Of a DNA stretch of 64,000 nt, positions 11,439 to 23,827 are shown piece by piece (the first letter of the stretch is position 1; each line of letters begins with the position of its first letter). The stretch lies in NCBI GenBank assembly GCA_963693365.1, contig CAVNZM010000008.1:9546196-9610195 (forward strand), given 5' to 3'. The stretch comes from Amoebidium appalachense. Its lineage: Eukaryota > Protista > Ichthyosporea. A program made the translations under genes and the position numbers. The notes beneath the pieces are model-generated. The model ran no database searches. It was not told where the DNA came from and saw nothing but the letters and a program-made list of their open reading frames with translations.

Positions 11439-11759
11439 CTACCCACTCAAAAGCTCCTCCTCGAACTGCTCGATGTCAGCCTTGTACTTCTCTCTCAGCT
11501 TTTTCCACTGTGCATGGGACACCTGTGGGTTGATAGTTGGGTGTAAGTAGTAGTCCAGCCAGGTGATTTGTTTATGCAAGGCTCAGACATCACTGTATGC
11601 CATTACCTCAAACACACCCACGCACCCACCAATACACCACCATGGCACACACCCACAGGAAACGAACTCCTACGTGTAGACCAGGTCAAGAAAAACTCTG
11701 CAAGGACCGAAAAAACCGTTTTTACGAACCCCTACATGTAATTGTGAATGCTAGGGCAT

Positions 11760-11823
<64 letters not shown>

Positions 11824-11824
11824 A

Positions 11825-11879
<55 letters not shown>

Positions 11880-14114
11880 GTGTTTTTTTGTTTGTTGTTT
11901 TTTTTGGTTTGTTTTTTTTTTTTTTTTTTTTTTTTTGTTGTTGTTTTTTTTTGGGGGGGGGGGAGGTACCTCGAAAACGAGTTCCCTGTCAGTGTAGCCA
12001 CACGTGCATGCCGGGGGGGGCTTCTTGCCAGCGACCACAAGCCAGTTGACCGTGGCAAAATTTACCGCCTCGGCCAAGCTGCTACCAGTAGCATACCCAA
12101 AGTGGTATGCCCCAGGCAATGTGTAGATGACCTCGCCGGCCTGCTGAACCGTGTGCTGCACAGGGACACCCTTCTTCATCAAGTAACGGGGGTGGATGAA
12201 CACAGACTGTCCCACCCACATGTTAGTCATATGAAAAACCGGGTGGTCGTTTTTGTAAGTGCTTTTTTGTTTTTTGTTCTTCACGTCATTCACGTCAGTG
12301 TCTACCACTCCCTCTCTCTCTCTTCTTGTAGTCCTCTGTTGTGTGTGTGGTCGTTTTTTTTTTGTTTTTTTTTTTTTGGGGGGGGGGGGTGAGGGATTAC
12401 CTTATGCTGTGTGACTTTCTTGCAGATACCGGCCCCCGAAAGGCCAAGCCTCTTGTAGATATCCTCGAGGATAGAGGTGACCTGTCCATTGTACTCTGCA
12501 CTGACTATATACCAGCTTTTGTCTCCGGGCCCACGGGTCATGATGTTGACACTTCCGAGCAGAACGTCTTCTGTGTGGGGCACAAACGGACCCCCAGTCG
12601 TGACACTGCAAAGAGGCATGGGATTAGTTGGGGCTAAAACAGTAATTACTTCCGACTAGATGTGGCTCCGATACATTCCGAAAAGACCGACCCATACACA
12701 CACCCAGGATGGTTCTGTGAACATAAGGGGCATTTTGCAAGCCTGCATTTTTCCTTTGTTTTAATAAAAATTATTTTTTTGGGGGGGGGGGGGGAGGGGC
12801 ATACTTATAGAGCATCGGTGTTGAGATGCCCACACGATTCTTGAATTCTCTTGATACTATTGAGCCAACCGTCTCCAAGCTGAACATGTAGTCGATTTCT
12901 TTCCTCACCACCTGTCCCTCCTGTTAGTGCCTTCATGTTCACCATTCAACAACACATAGCATGCCTACATATACCCACCACAGTGCATCAACACAACATA
13001 CACTCTCCGCTGCACACACACGCACACACGCATGCCTACACAACATACACTCTCCGCACAAACGCACGCACGCACGCATGCCTACACAACATACACTCTC
13101 CGCACAAACACACGCACGCACGCATCCCTACACAACATACACTCTCCGCACAAACACACGCACGCACGCATCCCTACACAACATACACTCTCCGCACAAA
13201 CACACGCACGCACGCATCCCTACACAACATACACTCTCCGAACAAACACACGCACGCACGCATGCCTACACAACATACACTCTCCGCACGAACAAACACA
13301 CGCACGCATGCCTACACAACATACACTCTCCGCACAAACACACGATCCGCACAAACACACGCACGCACGCATGCCTACACAACATACACTCTCCGCACAA
13401 ACACACGATCCGCACAAACACACGCACGCACGCATGCCTACACAACATACACTCTCCGCACAAACACACGCACGCACGCATGCCTACACAACATACAATC
13501 TCCGCCGCACACACACGTACCTCACTGGGTGTATGGGTGTTTTTAAGAGGCTTCAGATCTGTTCCGTAAAGGAACATTGATCTTTCACCGTCCGATAGGG
13601 AGTCCAACAACCTCCAAAACTCCTCCTCCCCCAACGTATCCCCCTGCCCAATCGTGTTAGCCCCTGTTCATGGTAACCACATCCTAATGGTTGCAAATAC
13701 GCACCTCTGGAATTTGCCCTGTGATGTCCTCCCTATAAACGAGGAAGACGTCCTTGATGGTGGTACCCTCCACCCAAATCCGGGTGTAGGATTTTCTCAC
13801 TCGTGTGGCCCGAGCAGCCTTTTCCAGCCCCTGCACTGCCGGCTCGGGAGGCACGAACTTGACGGCACCAGCTGCCCGAACTTCGTGTTGTTTCTCCATC
13901 GACAAACTTATCTCCTCCAAGGAGAGCTTTTCTAGATACACTTGGCGGAGATGTTTTACGGGTACCTCGTTGAACCCCGCCACCTCCCCAGTCTCGGTGT
14001 CTTGTTGTTGCCCCCTGTCCACCTCTTCCGCTTCTTGCTCTGTGTGTGCGTGTGTGGGGGGGGGGGGGGGGGGGATTAGCCGAGTGCATGCATGCGTGCA
14101 GGTGCCTTCCCGTG

Positions 14115-14160
<46 letters not shown>

Positions 14161-14199
14161 TTAGCCGAGTGCATGCATGCGTGCAGGTGCCTTCCCGTG

Positions 14200-14230
<31 letters not shown>

Positions 14231-14281
14231 GGGGGGGGGGGATTAGCCGAGTGCATGCATGCGTGCAGGTGCCTTCCCGTG

Positions 14282-14312
<31 letters not shown>

Positions 14313-14442
14313 GGGGGGGGGGGTGGGGGGATTAGCCGAGTGCATCCATGCGTGCAGGTGCCTTCCCGTGGTGTGTGTGTGGGGGGGGGGGGGGGGGGGG
14401 GGATTAGCCGAGTGCATGCATGCGTGCAGGTGCCTTCCCGTG

Positions 14443-14473
<31 letters not shown>

Positions 14474-17230
14474 GGGGGATTAGCCGAGTGCATGCATGCG
14501 TGCAGGTGCCTTCCCGTGGTGTGTGTGTGTGGGGGGGGGGGGGGGGGGGGGGGGGATTAGCCGAGTGCATGCATGCGTGCAGGTGCCTTCACGTGGTGTG
14601 TGTGTGTGGGGGGGGGGGGGGGGGGGGGGGGGGGATTAGCCGAGTGCATGCATGCGTGCAGGTGCCTTCCCGTGGTGTGTGTGTGTGGGGGGGGGGGGGG
14701 GGGGGGGGGGATTAGCCGAGTGCATGCATGCGTGCAGGTGCCTTCCCGTCTCCTTTTTCTGTTCTTCCTTGTGTGGTGGTGATGGGGTGTGTGTATTGGG
14801 GGGTGTACCCGGATTCGGAAAATCATAACCAATGTGCCCTTCCTCGTCCCACCCAACAGCACCAGTGTCTTCCTCGTCTTCCCCTTCTCCTTTTTCTTGT
14901 TCTTCTTCTTCTGTGTGTGGTGGTTGTGTGTGTGTGTGGGAGAGGGGGGATTACTTCTTCTGTGTGTGGTGGTTGTGTGTGTGTATGTGGGAGAGGGGGG
15001 ATTACTTCTTCTGTGTGTGGTGGTTGTGTGTGTGTATGTGGGAGAGGGGGGATTACTTCTTCTGTGTGTGGTGGTTGTGTGTGTGTATGTGGGAGAGGGG
15101 GGATAAGCCGAGGTGCATGCATGCGTGCAGGTGTGCGATGGCTTCAATGTGTGGGTGCTTGGGTGGTTGGTTGTGTGTGCCGAGGTGCATGCATGCGTGC
15201 AGGTGCCTTCCCGTGGTGTGTGTGTGGGGGGTGGGGGGTGGGATAGCCGAGTGCATGCATGCGTGCAGGTGCCTTCCCGTGGTGTGTGTGTGGGGGGTGG
15301 GGGGGGGGGATAGCCGAGTGCATGCATGCGTGCAGGTGCCTTCCCGTGGTGTGTGTGTGGGGGGTGGGGGGGGGGGGATAGCCGAGTGCATGCATGCGTG
15401 CAGGTGCCTTCCCGTGGTGTGTGTGTGGGGGGTGGGGGGGGGGGATAGCCGAGTGCATGCATGCGTGCAGGTGCCTTCCCGTGGTGTGTGTGTGGGGGGT
15501 GGGGGGGGGGATAGCCGAGTGCATGCATGCGTGCAGGTGCCTTCCCGTCTCCTTTTTCTGTTCTTCCTTGTGTGGTGGTGATGGGGTGTGTGTATGGGGG
15601 GGGGTACCCGGATTCGAAAAATCATAACCAATGTGCCCTTCCTCGTCCCACCCAACAGCACCAGTGTCTTCCTCGTCTTCCCCTTCTCCTTTTTCTTGTT
15701 CTTCTTCTTCTGTGTGTGGTGGTTGTGTGTGTGTGTGGGAGAGGGGGGATTACTTCTTCTGTGTGTGGTGGTTGTGTGTGTGTGTGGGAGAGGGGGGATT
15801 ACTTCTTCTGTGTGTGGTGGTTGTGTGTGTGTATGTGGGAGAGAGGGGATAAGCCGAGGTGCATGCATGCGTGCAGGTGTGCGATGGCTTCAATGTGTGG
15901 GTGCTTGGGTGGTTGGTTGTGTGTGCCGAGGTGCATGCATGCGTGCAGGTGTGCGATGGCTTCAATGTGTGGGTGCTTGGGTGGTTGGTTGTGTGTGCCG
16001 AGGTGCATGCATGCGTGCAGGTGTGCGATGGCTTCAATGTGTGGGTGCTTGGGTGGTTGGTTGTGTGTGCCGAGGTGCATGCATGCGTGCAGGTGTGCGA
16101 TGGCTTCAATGTGTGGGTGCTTGGGTGGTTGGTTGTGTGTGCCGAGGTGCATGCATGCGTGCAGGTGTGCGATGGCTTCAATGTGTGGGTGCTTGGGTGG
16201 TTGGTTGTGTGTGCCGAGGTGCATGCATGCGTGCAGGTGTGCGATGGCTTCAATGTGTGGGTGCTTGGGTGGTTGGTTGTGTGTGCCGAGGTGCATGCAT
16301 GCGTGCAGGTGTGCGATGGCTTCAATGTGTGGGTGCTTGGGTGGTTGGTTGTGTGTGCCGAGGTGCATGCATGCGTGCAGGTGCCTTCCCGTGGTGTGTG
16401 GGTGTGGGGGGGGGGGGGGGGGGTTTACCCGGCTGGAAACCCCACGACTCTCCCCCTTCTCCTTTCCACTCCTCATACTCTCTTTCCCTTCCCGACTCTC
16501 CCCCTCCCTCTCCATCCCTCCCCCTTCTTTCTCTCCTCCCCCCTCTTTCTCTCCCCCTCCACTCTCCCCCTTCTCCCTCTTCTCCCCCCTCTCCTTCTTC
16601 ATCACTCTCATGGACCTCCACTCTTGCCCGCTTTTTCGGGTGGTCCGGCAGTTTGACAGCAGGACTGCCTGGAGGGCTGTGTGCAGCCCCATCCCACTGC
16701 ACTTTCCAGTTGAATTCTTTGAATAACCAGGAAATTTGGGCCTCCCCCAGCAAAGAACCCGTCACGTCAGGTATGTGACTAGTAAAGTCGTCGCTGCCAG
16801 GGTAAATGGAAAGTCGACTGAGCATGACCGCCAAACCATCCGAGTTTCCATGATAGTTTTCAAGATCATAAACTCTCCACTGAGGGCCGCCCCATTTCAG
16901 AATCCACGCTATAGTCGCATGGATACCCTTGTTGTTTGGGAGTTCTTGCAATCGATGACCCTTCCTGTGCCAAAGACGCCCGTCGTTGAGTTCAAACAAG
17001 AAGACCGAAACGCCATCTGAATTGCTGGGTTGCACCACGTGTATTATTGGCGCCATCTTCTTTTTCTGATGATGACGATAAAGACACTGTCGCGTGAGTA
17101 GCCCTCTACCCGTGAATATGATTGTAGGGTCGGCATGTTTCGAGAACTCGAATGTCGGTGGGTTGGTTTGTATGTTGCTCTGGAACACATTATCGATGAG
17201 CGCTAGAAACTGTTCGTCGGTGGCAGCCAT
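11439..17230 (-). CDS. Spliced KDM4-like JmjN/JmjC histone demethylase (~700 aa) with an unrecognised N-terminal domain
   Basis: Phase-consistent GT-AG exons: 17230-16429, 15709-15608, 14910-14809, 14039-13705 (JmjN GAVKFVPP), 13643-13521 (EEEFW..YGTD), ~12911-12805 (GISTPMLY), 12605-12401 (PHTED, SVN, KSWY, C-x5-HK), 12206-11970 (QQAGE..PGAYHFG..AEAVNFA..W..CTC), 11522-11439. The last exon is the least certain. Confidence 0.88.
12960..13515 (+). repeat. ~46-bp intronic minisatellite, about 12 copies
   Basis: CATGCCTACACAACATACACTCTCCGCACAAACACACGCACG repeated. Confidence 0.9.
14045..15548 (+). repeat. Intronic arrays: GATTAGCCGAGTGCATGCATGCGTGCAGGTGCCTTCCCGTGG + (GT)n + poly-G units, and 52-bp GGATTACTTCTTCTGTGTG units
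   Basis: About 10 copies at 14074-14748 and further copies at 15180-15548. Confidence 0.9.
15853..16385 (+). repeat. 72-bp tandem repeat x7
   Basis: CCGAGGTGCATGCATGCGTGCAGGTGTGCGATGGCTTCAATG...; 24-aa periodicity in the ORF track. Confidence 0.93.
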
Positions 17231-17232
17231 GT

Positions 17233-17293
<61 letters not shown>

Positions 17294-17299
17294 GTGTGT

Positions 17300-17838
17300 G
17301 TGAACTACCAGCGCTGGTGCCAGAGCTCGTGTGTGTGGCGCTATGTTATGTTCCCGTGTCTAGTCTGCAATTTGTATGTTTAAAATGGGTGTGTGTGTGT
17401 GTGTGTGTGTGAACTACCAGCGCTGGTGCCAGAGCTCGTGTGTGTGGCGCTATGTTATGTTCCCGTGTCTAGTCTGCAATGTGTATGTTTAAAATGGGTG
17501 TGTGTGTGTGTGTGTGTGTGTGTGAACTACCAGCGCTGGTGCCAGAGCTCGTGTGTGTGGCGCTATGTTATGTTCCCGTGTCTAGTCTGCAATTTGTATG
17601 TTTAAAATGGGTGTGTGTGTGTGTGTGTGTGTGTGTGAACTACCAGCGCTGGTGCCAGAGCTCGTGTGTGTGGCGCTATGTTATGTTCCCGTGTCTAGTC
17701 TGCAATTTGTATGTTTAAAATGGGTGTGTGTGTGTGTGTGTGTGTGTGTGAACTACCAGCGCTGGTGCCAGAGCTCGTGTGTGTGGCGCTATGTTATGTT
17801 CCCGTGTCTAGTCTGCAATGTGTATGTTTAAAATGGGT
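17300..17838 (+). repeat. ~110-bp tandem repeat x5 upstream of the JmjC start
   Basis: GAACTACCAGCGCTGGTGCCAGAGCTCG...GTTTAAAATGGG(TG)n repeated. Confidence 0.93.
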
Positions 17839-18924
17839 CGGGAAAACGTGAAGGAATTAGACCTGTCTGTATTGACTGAAAAGGGGCAGCTGAAAGCGTG
17901 ATTTGCACAGATTAACAGGTCTGTGTTCTCGTTAGTTTTTTTTTTGTTTGTTATGACTCTGTCCTGTCACAACGAATGTTACACGAACTGATCAGTGTGG
18001 CGCACTTCAACTAAATCACGTCATTGAAATGATGGCTGGCCAATCAATCGTTATCTAGTTTGGCCAATGGAATGTGTGCTTGGCGCGTGTACGTGATACT
18101 ATTGGCAACTTAAAATCGTTTCACCGACCCGTGGTTCATCCGAAACCCTTCCGCGAAGCGAAAATTGTGGGCTGATTAATATTATAACTTAGCTGCAATA
18201 AATATAAGATACCCCAAGATGATTTATTTATACACTTTTCTATACAAAAATATGCTTGGAAATTTGTGTGGAAAGCGTTTTGTCAAACCAATCCCCCAGT
18301 GCCCGATCGCGTTGATCCAACCTCTATCCACCAATCACCGAATTAATCGTGTGCACCCCCAAGATGATTTATTTATACACTTTTCTATACAAAAATATGC
18401 TTAGAAATTTGTGTGGAAAGCGTTTTGTCAAACCAATCTCCGAGAAGCCTTGAGGGTTCATCGTATTAAATGGCTAATCATGGCCGACACACGTTTGCCA
18501 AAAATACCAGTGCCCGATCGCGTTGATCCAAACCTCTATCCACCAATCACCGAATTAATCGTGTGCACATCACACATAAACGTGATAACTGACTTATCAG
18601 TCACTTTATATTAATAGTAGTACCGACCCTCGCTCACCAGGACCCTTTCGTGAAGCAAGTAATTTTGTTATATACCCCAATATAAAATTTCCAAACAAAA
18701 CAAAATAAATTTATACACTTTTAATACAAACATTTGCCTGAAACTGCGTTTTGAAAGCGTTATATTAATCCGGTCCGTTAAGAGTCATGGCGCGCTTGGC
18801 CAATCAGATTGTGCCATACAGACATTCGCGCTCTCACGTGGATCCAATACTTATACACCAATCAGAAGTGTTCGGAAAAAAGGGTCCCGCGCTGGATACA
18901 AATGGCTTGGTGTGTGTGTGTGTG

Positions 18925-19360
18925 TGTTTCATTTTGCATTGTGTAAGAGGCACTTTTTTTTTGTTCACACTGCTTTACTTCGTGTAAATAATCAGTGACG
19001 AGTTTTTTTAATTCACGGTGTGTTTGCGCATCATAGAATTTTGCTTTATTTTGCACTGTGTAAAAGGGACGTTTTTTTTTTTGGGTCACACTGCTTTGCT
19101 TCGTAAAAATAAGAGGGACGTTTTTTTTTTTTTTGGTTCACACTGCTTTGCACGGGTTTTTTTTTCAGTTCACGGTGTGTTTGCGCATCATAGAATTTTG
19201 CTTTATTTTGCATTGTGTAAAAGGGACGTTTTTTTGGGTCACACTGCTTTGCTTCATAAAAATAAGAGGGACGTTTTTTTTTTTGGTTCACACTGCTTTG
19301 CACGGGTTTTTTTTAGTTCACGGTGTGTTTGCGCATGATAGAATTTTGCTTCACTTTGCT
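18925..19360 (+). repeat. Degenerate ~60/170-bp nested tandem repeats upstream of the coiled-coil gene
   Basis: TTCACGGTGTGTTTGCGCATCATAGAATTTTGCTT x3 and GGTCACACTGCTTTGC repeated. Confidence 0.8.
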
Positions 19361-19376
19361 TCTTGTGACAATAATC

Positions 19377-20795
19377 ATGAATCCTTTCAATATTCCCACC
19401 GACCCCCCCGCCGACCCCACCGACCCCAACACCGACCCCGCCGACCCCGCCGACCCCAACAAACCCCCCACCGACCCCAACACCGACCCCGCCGACCCCG
19501 CCGACCCCAACAAACCCCCCGCCGACCCCAACACCGACCCCGCCGACCCCGCCGACCCCGCCGACCCCAACAAACCCCCCGCCGACCCCAACACCGACCC
19601 TACCAACAAACCCCCCGCCGACCCCAACACCGACCCTACCAACAAACCCCCCGCCGACCCCAACAAACCCCCCGCCGACCCCGCCAACCCCAACAATCCA
19701 CCCACCATCGACCTAAAGTTTATGGAACAACTATATGCATTGGCATCGCTTCACGTCGCCAATCCCACTGTCACCCCCAACACCACCATTGCCGAGTTAC
19801 AAAAGCAACTCGATTCGAAGGAGAAAGAGCTGCAGGCGGCAAGACAAGATATCCAAGTTATGAAGGAAAAGGTATTGGAGGTGCAAGCGACGGCAGAAAG
19901 AGACGCACAGATTGCTTCTGCCCGAAACATCGTGTCGTCCGAAAGGGTGCGGGATCTCGAAGACCAGGTAGTTGAGAAAGTGGCCGGAAATTTGGCATTG
20001 CAGGCCATGTTGGAAACACAGAAGGCCGAAAATGGAAAGCTGAAGACGGAGATGGCTGAAATGAGGGAATCTTATCGCAAATCAATTGATGAGACCACCA
20101 ATCTTCTTCGGGGGTTTGAACGCACCCATAGCATTCTCCCGCCCCCCCCCCACAAACCGCAACATTCTCGAGTCTTCCTCGACCATGCAACCCCTCCCCG
20201 GTAGTGCCGCACCCCCCCCCCAACCTTCTTGGGTCTTCGGTTATGCAACCCCTCCCCGGTAGTGCCGCACCCCCCCCCCAACCTTCTTGGGTCTTCGGTT
20301 ATGCAACCCCTCCCTGGTAGTGTCGCACCCGCCAGGGGTAGTCGGCCCCTCATCGGTATGGCCACATACAGCACGAATATGCAATCCTCCCCCGCCATGT
20401 CCACTCCCCCTTCTGCCAATTCGATGCATATGAATCCTATCTTCGATATGTACTTGGGTTCCACGATGATCGACTCGTCACCCACAGGACCAGGGTCGCA
20501 CTATCCGTACACATCCAAGAGGGGGGGGTCGGATCTTACTGGTGCACACAAACGGTCACGTTCCGGGGAGATGGATTTCGAGGCTCGAACGAATAGTATG
20601 CTCACAGTCATGGTCCACGAGAAGACGGGTGATGCGAATAGAGGAAAAGAGAGTGGTCGGGCTGTGAGGAAAGACAAACGGGAACGAAAACCACCCCCCA
20701 AACCGGCCCCAATCAAGGGACGGTCCAAAACGAAGCAGGTCTATGGTCGGGTCAGTGATGAAGGAGATTCTGAAGAAGAAGAAAACGATAAGTGA
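19377..20795 (+). CDS. Hypothetical protein: DP/ADP repeats, coiled coil and low-complexity basic/acidic tail (one ORF if poly-C frameshifts near 20141-20280 are corrected)
   Basis: ATG at 19377. Heptad-rich segment IAELQKQLDSKEKELQAARQDIQVMKEKV... The frame breaks lie only in C homopolymers, and the MQPLPGS repeat continues across them. Confidence 0.7.
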
Positions 20796-21084
20796 GTTGT
20801 GGTTGAGAGTGTGATTTTTTGATTCAAGTTGTTGTGTATGTAGGGCATCACGTCATGGTTATATTATAGTCACATGAGTGCTTGCTGTGGTATTTTAATG
20901 TTTTATTGTTTGGTATATGGTCTTAGACCCCATATATGTGTACAAGTTTTAGCTTTTCTGTTAACGTGACTGGATATTGGTACAAATCTTGGGTTTTCTG
21001 TTTACAACCAGTTGGATGTTCGTTTTACAAAGGTGTTTTTTTACAAAAAGAAGTCCGGTATCCGAAGTGTGTTTCAAGTGCAAG

Positions 21085-21960
21085 CAAGTCCCGTGCACAC
21101 ACAACCCTCCTCCCTCTCCCCTGTCATGCATGCCCCTGCAAAAGAGACCCGTGCACACACGTTCACTTTCCCCTCCCCCCCCCCCCCCCTCTCCCCTGTC
21201 ATGCATGCCCCTGCAAAAGAGACCCGTGCACACACGTTCACTTTCCCTCCCTATCTTTGCACACACACACAACCCCCCCCCCCCCCCCCTCCCTCTTCCT
21301 CTCCCTCTCCCCTGTCATGCATGCCCCTGCAAAAGAGACCCGTGCACACACGTTCACTTTCCCTCCCTATCTTTGCACACACACACAACCCCCCCCCCCC
21401 CCCCCTCCCTCTTCCTCTCCCTCTTTCCTGTCATGTATGCCCCTGCAAAAGAGACCCGTGCACACACGTTCACTTTCCCTCCCTATCTTTGCACAGTCAC
21501 ACACACAACCCCCCCCCCCCCCCTCCCTCTTCCTCTCCCTCTTTCCTGTCATGTATGCCCCTGCAAAAGAGACCCGTGCACACACGTTCACTTTCCCTCC
21601 CTATCTTTGCACACACACACAACCCCCCCCCCCCCTCCCTCTTCCTCTCCCTCTTTCCTGTCATGTATGCCCCTGCAAAAGAGACCCGTGCACACACGTT
21701 CACTTTCCCTCTCTATCTTTGCACACACACACAACCCCCCCCCCCCATCCCTCTTCCTCTCCCTCTTTCCTGTCATGTATGCCCCTGCAAAAGAGACCCG
21801 TGCACACACGTTCACTTTCCCTCTCTATCTTTGCACACACACACAACCCCCCCCCCCCCCCCCTCCCTCTTCCTCTCCCTCTTTCCTGTCATGTATGCCC
21901 CTGCAAAAGAGACCCGTGCACACACGTTCACTTTCCCTCTCTATCTTTGCACACACACAA
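21085..21960 (+). repeat. ~112-bp tandem repeat x8
   Basis: CCTGTCATG(C/T)ATGCCCCTGCAAAAGAGACCCGTGCACACACGTTCACTTTCCC repeated. Confidence 0.93.
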
Positions 21961-22228
21961 TGGCTGGCGCTGTGTGTGTGTCGTGGAGTTGTCTTCACTT
22001 TTGCTGGCTGGCGCTGTGTGTGTCGTGGAGTTGTCTTCTTTCTCTCTAGCATTCGGTTCGGACTTCATTAAATTGTACCAGTGTATATTTGCAACGACAC
22101 TGCATATAGATATCACATAAAAATGCCTGTGGTGACCGTGCTGTCGAACATGTACGTGTACCTCACAAAACTTTCAGTATCCGTGGAGTTGTCTTCTCTT
22201 TTGCTGGCTGGCGCTGTGTGTCGTGGAG

Positions 22229-22816
22229 TTGATTTCATTAAAAATCCGAGTGCCTCAGAGTGGTGTCGTACTCCGCAATATACAGCGCTGGCGCTGTGTC
22301 CAGAGTAAATGTGTTTTTATTGTGTCCGGCCACTTTATAGTATGCAGCGCTTGTGCTGTGTATTGATTTCATTACAAATCCGAGTGCCTCAGAGTGGTGT
22401 CGTACTCCGCAATATACAGCGCTGGCGCTGTGTCCAGAGTAAATGTGTTTTTATTGTGTCCGGCCACTTTATAGTATGCAGCGCTTGTGCTGTGTATTGA
22501 TTTCATTAAAAATCCGAGTGCCTCAGAGTGGTGTCGTACTCCGCAATATACAGCGCTGGCGCTGTGTCCAGAGTAAATGTGTTTTTATTGTGTCCGGCCA
22601 CTTTATAGTATGCAGCGCTTGTGCTGTGTATTGATTTCATTAAAAATCCGAGTGCCTCAGAGTGGTGTCGTACTCCGCAATATACAGCGCTGGCGCTGTG
22701 TCCAGAGTAAATGTGTTTTTATTGTGTCCGGCCACTTAAAGATAGTATGCAGCGCTTGTGCTGTGTATTGATTTCATTAAAAATCCGAGTGCCTCAGAGT
22801 GGTGTCGTACTCCGCA
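22229..22816 (+). repeat. 134-bp tandem repeat x4.4, flanked by a ~145-bp direct repeat (~22039-22183 and ~22928-23073)
   Basis: AAATCCGAGTGCCTCAGAGTGGTGTCGTACTCCGCA at 134-bp spacing. The block TTTCTCTCTAGCATTCGGTTCGGAC...CTTTCAGTATCCG occurs on both sides. Confidence 0.92.
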
Positions 22817-23344
22817 GCACCCGTCTTCTTATTGAAATAGTATATGACTGCATACATCAATGGTGTAACCAATAAACATGTGAGGACAATAGCAGCGCTG
22901 ACGTACACCAGATACATTTTGTTCACTTTCTCTCTAGCATTCGGTTCGGACTTCATTAAATTGTACCAGTGTATATTTGCAACGACACTGCATATAGATA
23001 TCACATAAAGAATGCCTGTGGTGACCGTGCTGTCGAACATGTACGTGTACCTCACAAAACTTTCAGTATCCGACGTGTTACACCCCAAAAGTGACCTCTC
23101 TGAGATCTTGCCTGTGGTACAAACTCTTGATGCCGTGTTGCTCTTGTGTTTTACCAGTACCCCTCTCTCCAGATGCCGAATTTAGATTGGAATTCGTGAA
23201 TACACCCATGTGATTGGTCAGTGGTTTGGCACCAAGAGATTGATTGATATGCCATCAACCAGTCAACAAAAAGTACTCGCTTTTACTTTTTGTCTCGCTT
23301 CACCCCAATCCAAGAACAGTGCACACCAAAACAAAACACTAGAA

Positions 23345-23827
23345 ATGGGAGACGCACTTTTGCGCCCCGATTCGGTTGACCCCGAACGATGCCCTGCATT
23401 TGCACCCTCAAAAAAAGCCCAGTGCAAAAACAAAAAGAAAACATGCCCACACCACAAGGACGGCTTCAAGCCCTGGGTATGCTTTGCCCCTGCCACCGGT
23501 GTCCTCCTCTACAGCGACAACACCATCAACATCCTCCACCCCCACAAGGCCGGGGACTATGCTCATGCAAACCTCCTGCTGGACGACCTCCTGGCCGCCT
23601 TTACAGTCGCAGAAATGCAGCGCCCTCGCACCGAGCGCACCGGGGTACCCGCGCTGACTGTGTCCACTCCGGATCCACCCATGGGTGCACCACAGCCACC
23701 GGTTGCAGCTGCAGCGGTGGGTGTGGGCAGGGAAAATGGGTACTGCCAGGGCAAAACCAAGGCTGGCAATCCCTGCAAAAACAGGGTGAAATCTACGACC
23801 CATTGCCATAAGCACAAGCCCAAATAA
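23345..23827 (+). CDS. 160-aa protein with two C-x(n)-K..CKN....C..H zinc-knuckle-like motifs (DUF5763-like)
   Basis: RCPAFAPSKKAQCKNKKKTCPHH and YCQGKTKAGNPCKNRVKSTTHCHKH. Intronless, with AATAAA overlapping the stop. Confidence 0.72.
   Translation: MGDALLRPDSVDPERCPAFAPSKKAQCKNKKKTCPHHKDGFKPWVCFAPATGVLLYSDNTINILHPHKAGDYAHANLLLDDLLAAFTVAEMQRPRTERTGVPALTVSTPDPPMGAPQPPVAAAAVGVGRENGYCQGKTKAGNPCKNRVKSTTHCHKHKPK

Noticed and set aside
14046-16778. Long ORFs (up to 399 aa) across the tandem arrays
   Set aside because: They are open in several frames only because the repeat units lack stops. The region is explained as introns of the JmjC gene.
20936-22771. Three overlapping 345-394-aa ORFs and repeated 63-aa ORFs
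   Set aside because: They are translations of the 112-bp and 134-bp tandem repeats with no protein-like features.
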